Shown piece after piece: positions 57,663 through 64,000 of a DNA stretch of 64,000 nt. The stretch is from contig JBFWNU010000001.1 in assembly GCA_050250895.1 (NCBI GenBank), positions 2,278,210 through 2,342,209 of the forward strand, written 5' to 3'. Numbering within the stretch: the stretch's first letter is position 1; every line of letters starts with the position of its first letter. The translations under genes were made by a program, and so were the position numbers. The notes beneath the pieces were generated by a model, which did not search any database, was not told the DNA's origin, and saw only the letters and a program-made list of their open reading frames with translations. This stretch comes from Vulcanimicrobiota bacterium (GTDB lineage Bacteria; Vulcanimicrobiota; Xenobia; Xenobiales; JADMJV01).

Positions 57663-59228
57663 ATGAACAAGGCGACACGCTACAGTTTGCTCGTAATGCT
57701 GGCCCTGGCGGTGCTGGTGTTCGGGTGTGCTCGCACCCAGGCCGAGCAGCCTGTCGAGGTAGCCAAAGTCGATATCCCCCTGAGTGAGGTGGTTCGCGAC
57801 AGCGAGGCGCCTCAAAGCATCACTTACGACGCACCCGAGGATGTCGATTTCACGGTGCCCCAGGCGGCCGAGGCGCTGCCCGGCAAGGTGGTGCCGTCCG
57901 AGCCAGAGATGCCCATCGAGGCGGGCAAGCCGGTGGCCCAGGCCAAAGAGCCTGAAACCAAAGAGATCCCCAAACGCGACTACTCCGAGCTGCTCAAGGA
58001 TCCCAAAGAGCTCGGCTTTTCTCCCAGCGAGAACCTGTTCCGCCACGTCTATTACCAGATTAAGCAGTCTTTTGTAGAGGATGTCTCCGAAGAGCGACTC
58101 TTCCAGGGCGTCAAGGACGAAGTCAAAAACCTGCTCGAGCAGGCGAAGGTGCCGACCACCGATCTCGACAAGCTCAGTCAGGGCCGCAAGGTGTTGCCTC
58201 AACTCGTCGACCTTTACGGTGACCGAGTCGACAAGGACCTGTTGGTTTTCTCGGCCATCCTGGGTATGCTCGACGGCCTCGACGATAACTATTCGCTACT
58301 GTTGACTCCTGAGGATTACAGCAAGCTGCAAGAGCAGATGCAGGCCCGCGAGTTCGGCGGCATCGGTATCTATATCGAACTCGACAAGGACGACGGCAAC
58401 CGTCTGACCGTGTTCGAGCCGATCGAAGGGACCCCGGCCTATACGGCTGGTCTCGAGGCCGGCGACAAGATTCTGGCCATCGACGACAAGGACACCAAGG
58501 GCATCACCCTCGATGCGGCCCAGTCCGCCATTCGTGGCCCTGTCGGCACCGATGTGGTGCTGACCGTGAATCGACCGGGCTTTCCCCAGCCCAAGAAGTT
58601 CCCCATCACGCGCGGCAACATTCACGTCGTGTCGGTGACCCACAAGATGCTGCCCGGGAAGATCGGCTATGTCCGCCTGCGGATGTTCGGTTCACAGACG
58701 GCCACCGAGCTGGAAGATTCCCTGCGCAAACTCAAAGCTCAGGGGATGACCAGCCTGATCATGGACCTGCGCAACAACGGCGGCGGCTACATCGATGCCT
58801 CGGTCAGCGTGGTAGGGCAGTTCCTCAAGCAAGACGACGGCCTGGTGGTCTATACCATCGACCGCAACAAGCGGCGACGCGACTACCGCGCCTCGCGGGC
58901 CGGCCACTTCAGCGTGCCGATGGTGGTGCTGATCAACAAGTTCTCGGCCAGCGCCTCGGAGATCACCGCCGGAGCCTTGCGTGACCACAAGGTGGCCAAA
59001 TTGGTCGGGGAGCACTCCTTCGGCAAGGGGTCGGTGCAGCAGCTCTATCCCTTCTCGGACGGAGCTGCCCTCAAGCTGACCATCGCCAAATTCTACACCC
59101 CGGCCGGCACGGTCATCAACAAGGTCGGCATCGAGCCCGACACCAAGCTGGAGATGGAGCCTCGCTTCGTCGGTCGCGGCGAGAAAGACACCCAGCTCAA
59201 GAAGGCGATCGAGTTACTGAAGGGCTAA
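57663..59228 (+). CDS. ctp: C-terminal processing peptidase (S41, Ctp) lipoprotein with PDZ domain
   Basis: Lipobox LVFGCA, PDZ (GLEAGDKILAIDDKDT), S41 core (LIMDLRNNGGGY…, LINKFSASASE). Start at the internal ATG with a GGTGAGG RBS. Confidence 0.9.
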   Translation: MNKATRYSLLVMLALAVLVFGCARTQAEQPVEVAKVDIPLSEVVRDSEAPQSITYDAPEDVDFTVPQAAEALPGKVVPSEPEMPIEAGKPVAQAKEPETKEIPKRDYSELLKDPKELGFSPSENLFRHVYYQIKQSFVEDVSEERLFQGVKDEVKNLLEQAKVPTTDLDKLSQGRKVLPQLVDLYGDRVDKDLLVFSAILGMLDGLDDNYSLLLTPEDYSKLQEQMQAREFGGIGIYIELDKDDGNRLTVFEPIEGTPAYTAGLEAGDKILAIDDKDTKGITLDAAQSAIRGPVGTDVVLTVNRPGFPQPKKFPITRGNIHVVSVTHKMLPGKIGYVRLRMFGSQTATELEDSLRKLKAQGMTSLIMDLRNNGGGYIDASVSVVGQFLKQDDGLVVYTIDRNKRRRDYRASRAGHFSVPMVVLINKFSASASEITAGALRDHKVAKLVGEHSFGKGSVQQLYPFSDGAALKLTIAKFYTPAGTVINKVGIEPDTKLEMEPRFVGRGEKDTQLKKAIELLKG

Positions 59229-60239
59229 CACGTCAGCCATCGCCCGGGCGCTGCGGCCGTCTCCGTAAAGGGGCGGCCGCTCGTCTTTTCTAGGCGGATC
59301 GGCAAGCCCGGCGGCGATGGCCCCCGGATCGGCGTCGACCAGGCGATTCCAGCCGGCTTCGATGGTCTCGTTCCACTCGGTGGTGGGGCGCAGGGTCAAG
59401 CAGGGAGTGCCCACATAGTAGGCCTCTTTCTGCAGGCCGCCACTATCGGTGAGGGCCAGTTGGGCCCCGCGCAGTAACCCCAACATCTCGCCATAGCCGC
59501 AGGGAGGCTGCAGCTTAATCTGGCCACCTGCCTCGAGGCCTGCCTCGCGCATGGCCTTTTCGGTGCGGGGGTGGCAGGGAAACTTGATCGGCATGGGGGC
59601 CTGGGCCAGAGTCTCGAGAATGGCCTTCAATCGCTCTGGATGGTCAGTATTGATGTCGCGGTGCAGCGTCAACACCGCATAGTCACCCCGGCCCTGGTCG
59701 GGCAGGCGCTCGAGCACGGTGCGAGCCACGTCGAGCATCACGTCGCCGACCACGTGGACCCCCTCGGTAATGCCCTCGCGGGCCAGGTTCTGGCGAGCAC
59801 CCTCAGAGGGGGCGAAGAGCAAGCTAGAGAGGTGGTCGGTGAGCACCCGGTTGGTCTCTTCGGGCAGGGGGCTGAAGCTGCGCAAACCGGCCTCGACATG
59901 AACCACGGGAATGCCCATCTTGCTGGCTGCCAGGGCTCCGGCCAGGGTCGAGTTGGTGTCGCCCAGCACCACCATCTGGTCGGGCGCGGTGGCCTCTAGA
60001 ATCGGGTCCAGCGCACACAGCATGCGGCCCGTTTGCACCCCGTGGCTGGCCGAGCCCACCCCCAGATGGAAATCTGGTTCGGGCAGGGCGAACTCCTGGA
60101 AGAAGTCCGAACTCATAGCGGCATCGTAGTGCTGGCCGGTGTGGACCACCTGCACCTCGAATCGGTCCTTGAACTCGGGCAATAGACCGGCCAGCTTGAT
60201 GAATTGGGGGCGGGCGCCCACCACGATGAGCAGTCTCAC
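59214..60239 (-). CDS. wecB: UDP-N-acetylglucosamine 2-epimerase (non-hydrolysing)
   Basis: VRLLIVVGARPQFIKL… matches the WecB N-terminus, with HVEAGLRS catalytic segment. GTG start overlapping the upstream TGA (GTGA). The track ORF extension to 60584 is rejected. Confidence 0.9.
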   Translation of the reverse strand: MRLLIVVGARPQFIKLAGLLPEFKDRFEVQVVHTGQHYDAAMSSDFFQEFALPEPDFHLGVGSASHGVQTGRMLCALDPILEATAPDQMVVLGDTNSTLAGALAASKMGIPVVHVEAGLRSFSPLPEETNRVLTDHLSSLLFAPSEGARQNLAREGITEGVHVVGDVMLDVARTVLERLPDQGRGDYAVLTLHRDINTDHPERLKAILETLAQAPMPIKFPCHPRTEKAMREAGLEAGGQIKLQPPCGYGEMLGLLRGAQLALTDSGGLQKEAYYVGTPCLTLRPTTEWNETIEAGWNRLVDADPGAIAAGLADPPRKDERPPLYGDGRSARAMADVLALQ

Positions 60240-60829
60240 AGCTCGGGGCTCACCAGGGTCACATAGTCCTTGCCGATCAGGCGAAAGCGCTCGTCGATGG
60301 TCCAACCCTCGCTCTCGTAGAGGCCGATGACGTTGAGGTTGCGGGCCAGGGTTTTGGTGCGCAGTCGACGCTGCCCCTGGCGCCGGACGATCTCGCTGGC
60401 CGCCTGTACCAGCAGACGCCCCATCCCCTGGCCTCGGTGCTCGGCCTCGACCGCGATCAGCACGATCTCGGCCGCCACCGGATGGGGCCGGGCCAACAGC
60501 GAAGCGTAGGCCACCTCGACACAGCGCCACAGGTTGAGCGGGTTGCGCAAACACGAGCGCAGGGCGTAATAGGCCAGCTTCCACACGTTCTTACGCACGA
60601 TCTGGCGGGTGAAGCCGGGGCTATCCCAGGCCACGGTGGCAAAGGCCACCGGTCCCTCCATGATGAGGGTCAGACCGTTCTCTAGACTGCCCAGGGCGGC
60701 CGGCCAATACACCTGCTCGAGAAAATCTCGACCCAATCGAGGCAAGAAGTCGTCGGGCAGGGCTCGGTGATGGATTCTGGCCAACTCCGCGGCGTGGGTC
60801 GGGTTGGCAAAGAAGACGGCCGGGTTCAC
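60236..60829 (-). CDS. GNAT-family N-acetyltransferase
   Basis: Acetyl-CoA motif AVEAEHRGQGMGRLLVQAA. GTG start chosen at 60829 to avoid overlap with the divergent GT gene; the track ORF runs to 60970. Confidence 0.7.
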   Translation of the reverse strand: MNPAVFFANPTHAAELARIHHRALPDDFLPRLGRDFLEQVYWPAALGSLENGLTLIMEGPVAFATVAWDSPGFTRQIVRKNVWKLAYYALRSCLRNPLNLWRCVEVAYASLLARPHPVAAEIVLIAVEAEHRGQGMGRLLVQAASEIVRRQGQRRLRTKTLARNLNVIGLYESEGWTIDERFRLIGKDYVTLVSPEL

Positions 60830-60887
60830 CCTGCCTGCTTCGTGGTCGGGCGGAGGGATCTCCTGGGATTTACCGGAATGGCCACCG

Positions 60888-61754
60888 ATGCCGAAGCTGT
60901 GGATCTTTCTGCCGGCCTTCAACGAGGAGCAGGCCCTGCCCAATCTCTTGCCCCGCATCGACGAGACCATGCGCGAGCACGGCTATGATTACGAGATGGT
61001 GGTGGTCGACGACGGCAGCAACGACAACACCCCGGCCATCCTGGCCGAGTTCGAGGGCAAGCTGCCGCTGCAGGTGGTGCGCCACGTGCTCAATCGCGGC
61101 CTGGGCGAGACCGAGCGCGACGGATTCGAGCATGTGGCCATGCAGTGCCACCCCGACGACATCGTGGTGCGGGTCGAAGGCGACGACACCCACGGCCCCC
61201 AGTACATCCTCGACCTCTTGGCCAAGCTCGAGCAGGGCTATGACGTGGTCAACACCTCGCGCTTTCAGCCCGGCGGCGGCCAGCGCGGGGTCAGCGCCTA
61301 TCGCGGCTTCATCAGCCGGGCGGCCAACATGTTCATGGGCTTCGTGTTTCGCATCCCCGGCACCCGTGACTACAGCTGTGGCTTTCGCGCCTACCGCGGC
61401 AAAGTGCTAAAAGACGCCGTGCGGGTCTTCGGCAACAACTTCATCCAGCTGCGCGGGCTGGGCTTCACCTCGACCTTGGAGACCATCGTCAAGTTGCACC
61501 TGCTCGGCTGCCGCTTCGCCGAGGTGCCTTTCATGCTGCGCTACGACCTCAAACTGGGCCCCAGCAAGATGGTCTCGAGCGTGACCACCGTCGGCTATCT
61601 CTTGATGGGCCTGCTCTACTGGTGGCCGTTTGGCGGCTGGCTCGACCAATACCGCGGCCTGGCCGAGGCTTATCGTGAAGACCCCGAAGCGGCCGTACGG
61701 CGCTTCGAGGGGCGGGCGCTGCCGGCGCCTACGGCGGGTAAGCTGGCGCCTTAG
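60888..61754 (+). CDS. Family-2 glycosyltransferase (polyprenyl-phosphate sugar transferase-like)
   Basis: IFLPAFNEE…VVVDDGSNDNT…  DxD-type GT2 motifs. Internal ATG 60888 (the track ORF starts at 60804). Confidence 0.85.
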   Translation: MPKLWIFLPAFNEEQALPNLLPRIDETMREHGYDYEMVVVDDGSNDNTPAILAEFEGKLPLQVVRHVLNRGLGETERDGFEHVAMQCHPDDIVVRVEGDDTHGPQYILDLLAKLEQGYDVVNTSRFQPGGGQRGVSAYRGFISRAANMFMGFVFRIPGTRDYSCGFRAYRGKVLKDAVRVFGNNFIQLRGLGFTSTLETIVKLHLLGCRFAEVPFMLRYDLKLGPSKMVSSVTTVGYLLMGLLYWWPFGGWLDQYRGLAEAYREDPEAAVRRFEGRALPAPTAGKLAP

Positions 61755-63530
61755 TCCTGGCTTGGTGGGCGCTTTTAGGTCACCGCGGAGATCCGCGGGG
61801 CGCGCGGAGTTGGGTGCATTTGAGTCGGATGGAGCACGCTCTGGCGTTGAGGCCCGGAGAGGGCTGTGCGGGGTGGGGCCTGGGCGGGAGGTCGCGGTTG
61901 TGCGCCGTACACTCGCCGAACCGGGTCGTGCGGCGCACACTTGCGCCGCACATCGACGAAACCCGGCTGTACGGCGCACATTCGGCGGGTCCAGCGTTCG
62001 GCGAGCCGAGGTTTAGTCGAGGTTGCCCGCCGAGAGACGCTTCAGGAACCCTTTTGGCTTCGGGATTTCGCCCACTCCGGGTGGGGCCAAGGCTGGCCGG
62101 GCGGTCGGGGCTGGCGATCGCCCACTCCGGCCGGGGCTGGCGATCGCCCACTCCGGCTGGGGGATTTCGCCCACTCCGGGTGGGGCCAGGATGGCTGGGC
62201 GGCCCGGGCTGGCGATCGCCCACTCCGGCTGGGGGATTTCGCCCACTCCGGGTGGGGCCAGGATGGCTGGGCGGCCCGGGCTGGCGATCGCCCACTCCAG
62301 CTGGGGGATTTCGCCCACTCCGGGTGGGGCCAAGGCTGGCCGGGCGGCCGGGGCTGGCGATCGCCCACTCCGGCTGGGGGATTTCGCCCACTCCGGGTGG
62401 GGCCAAGGCTGGCCGGACGGCCGAGAGCTGGCCGCTGCCCACCCCGCCGCGCCTACGGCGGGTAAGCTGGCGCCCTAGCCCTGGCTTGGTGGGCGCTTTT
62501 TAGGTCACCGCGGAGATACGCGGGGCGCGCGGAGTTGGGTGCATTTGAGTCGGATGGAGCACGCTCTGGCGTTGAGGCCCGGAGAGGGCTGTGCGGGTGG
62601 GGGCCTGGGCGGGCGGTCGCGGTTGTGCGCCGTACACTCGCCGAACCGGGTCGTGCGGCGCACACTTGCGCCGCACATCGACGAAACCCGGCTGTACGGC
62701 GCACATTCGGCGGGTCCAGCGTTCGGCGAGCCGAGGTTTAGTCGAGGTTGCCCGCCGAGCTTCAGGAACTCTTCTGCCTTCGGGATTTCGCCCACTCCGG
62801 GTGGGGCCAAGGCTGGGCGGACGGCTGGGGCTGGCGCTCGCCCCCTCCGGCTGGGGGATTTCGCCCACTCCGGGTGGGGCCAAGGCTGGGCGGACGGCTG
62901 GGGCTGGCGATCGCCCACTCCAGCTGGGGGATTTCGCCCACTCCGGGTGGGGCCAAGGCTGGCCGGGCGGCCGGGGCTGGCGATCGCCCACTCCGGCTGG
63001 GGGATTTCGCGCACTCCGGGTGGGGCCAGGATGGCTGGGCGGCCCGGGCTGGCGATCGCCCACTCCGGCTGGGGGATTTCGCCCACTCCGGGTGGGGCCA
63101 AGGCTGGGCGGGCGGTCGGGGCTGGCGATCGCCCACTCCGGCTGGGGGACCACTCCGGGTGGGGCCAAGGCTGGGCGGACGGCTGAGAGCTGGCCGCTGC
63201 CCACCCCGCCGCGCCTACGGCGGGTAAGCTGGCGCCCTAGTCCTGGCTTGGTGGGCGCTTTTTAGGTCACCGCGGAGATACGCGGGGCGCGCGGAGTTGG
63301 GTGCATTTGAGTCGGATGGAGCACGCTCTGGCGTTGAGGCCCGGAGAGGGCTGTGCGGGGTGGGGCCTGGGCGGGCGGTCGCGGTTGTGCGCCGTACACT
63401 CGCCGAACCGGGTCGTGCGGCGCACACTTGCGCCGCACATCGACGAAACCCGGCTGTACGGCGCACATTCGGCGGGTCCAGCGTTCGGCGAGCCGAGGTT
63501 TAGTCGAGGTTGCCCGCCGAGAGACGCTCC
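61727..63530. repeat. Tandem triplication (~723 + ~762 + ~320 bp partial) containing nested inverted repeats and arrays of a 72-bp mini-repeat with GCGATCGC cores
   Basis: The last ~27 nt of the GT gene (gcgcctacggcgggtaagctggcgccYtag) recur at ~61727, ~62450 and ~63212. Each copy carries a hairpin-rich ~300-bp unique part and about 5 tandem 72-bp units (gggatttcgcccactccgggtggggcc…ggctggcgatcgcccactccggctgg). Confidence 0.85.
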
Positions 63531-64000
63531 AGGAACTCTTCTGGCGAGTTGACTTCGGCCGCGGCGACGATGGCCGAAGAGAGCTGGGTGTCGTCTTTTA
63601 GCGCCTCGATGGCTTTTCGAAGGTCGGGTGGAGTTGGTCCAAATCGCTTCTCGAGAATCTTGAAGACTGATTCGCGCATTGCCTGACGGCCCTGTTCGAG
63701 CCCCTCTTCCCGACCTTGCTCCAGACCGAGTTCGCGACCTTGCTCCAGACCGAGTTCGCGACCCTGCTCCAGGCCAAGTTCACGACCTTGCTCGAGGCCC
63801 TGTTCAAGCCCTCGCTCGAACCAGCTGTTGGTGACTTTCATGACTGCCTCCCTTTCTTGAGGAGCGATACTCTCTATTTCGGCGGAGAATTCTTGTTCTT
63901 CCTGCGGATTGAGTCGTAGGTATTGTTCTACGAAGTGGGCTACGTAGAAAGAGCGAGCTTTGTCGAGATTGAGGTTGGCTAGGAGCCTCAGACAGGCCAG
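63500..64000 (-). CDS. Rpn-family / DUF4351-like protein, C-terminal part (5' end outside the window)
   Basis: The minus-strand frame is open from the window edge to a stop at ~63500 (…LLANLNLDKARSFYVAHFVEQYLRLNPQEEQEFSAEIESIAPQEREAVMKVTNSWFERGLEQGLEQGRELGLEQGRELG…). The listed 113-aa ORF is only its tail from an internal Met. Confidence 0.55.
   Translation of the reverse strand: MACLRLLANLNLDKARSFYVAHFVEQYLRLNPQEEQEFSAEIESIAPQEREAVMKVTNSWFERGLEQGLEQGRELGLEQGRELGLEQGRELGLEQGREEGLEQGRQAMRESVFKILEKRFGPTPPDLRKAIEALKDDTQLSSAIVAAAEVNSPEEFLERLSAGNLD

Noticed and set aside
61780-63468. Numerous 60-235-aa ORFs on both strands across the tandem repeat (for example 61780-62442, 62500-63204, 62591-63265)
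   Set aside because: They are generated by the in-frame 72-bp repeat and GC richness. They are mutually overlapping in all frames and encode repetitive Pro/Gly/Ala/Trp peptides. They are not credible genes.
61727-63530. Possibility that the repeat array is a CRISPR locus
   Set aside because: There are no unique spacers: the entire unit is repeated. The 72-bp period has no repeat-spacer alternation, and no cas genes are nearby.
63716-63919. 67-aa + strand ORF and the 113-aa minus ORF listed as a complete gene at 63500-63841
   Set aside because: The minus-strand frame stays open to the window edge. The 113-aa ORF is just the tail from an internal Met, and the + ORF is antisense to it.

Overview
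This is a high-GC (~65%) bacterial chromosomal window that is densely coding and mostly on the + strand. No rRNA, tRNA, CRISPR or IS element was recognisable by eye.

The window opens with a partial type IV pilus (T4P) locus: prepilin peptidase pilD, pilM, and a secretin pilQ with an AMIN domain. pilM and pilQ are separated by only ~320 bp, with no pilN/O/P between them.

Immediately downstream, in the same orientation, is the most unusual block (about 5.4-22.1 kb). It holds two giant paralogous TPR proteins of 2042 and 1458 aa. The first has a ~1000-aa disordered core carrying about 45 DLFS/GLFD (FG-nucleoporin-like) repeats and PEPEPE tracts. Next is a signal-peptide plus single-TM protein with long polyproline runs and WH2-like motifs. 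A tightly coupled operon follows: a possible PATAN/DUF4388-like protein, a roadblock/LC7 (MglB-like) protein, a REC-only response regulator, a GAF histidine kinase, and a TPR-roadblock fusion. No MglA-type GTPase is present.

The rest is mostly housekeeping or accessory:
- an O-antigen-ligase-TPR fusion, dprA, an orphan hslV, a GAF/PAS histidine kinase and a hyper-acidic 88-aa protein;
- mutS, a degenerate GGDEF protein, and a UvrD helicase fused to a 4-Cys PD-(D/E)XK nuclease;
- a creatininase-family / formyltransferase / Zn-ADH trio, a minor-pilin operon, and a PQQ propeller;
- a Ser/Thr kinase and two tandem lipoprotein cytochromes c next to a YdiJ-like FAD/Fe-S oxidase, followed by aroC and a 752-aa hypothetical;
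- SIS, XdhC, a lytic transglycosylase, HPF, a mini DnaJ-type Zn-finger plus S41 Ctp peptidase, and wecB-GNAT-GT2.

The 3' end (61.7-63.5 kb) is a tandem triplication of a ~740-bp segment. Each copy contains nested inverted repeats (TGTGCGCCGYACA motif) and an array of 72-bp mini-repeats carrying GCGATCGC. The repeat abuts a convergent Rpn/DUF4351-like gene with (ELGLEQGR)n repeats that runs off the window.

Many long antisense ORFs in the track are artefacts of high GC content.
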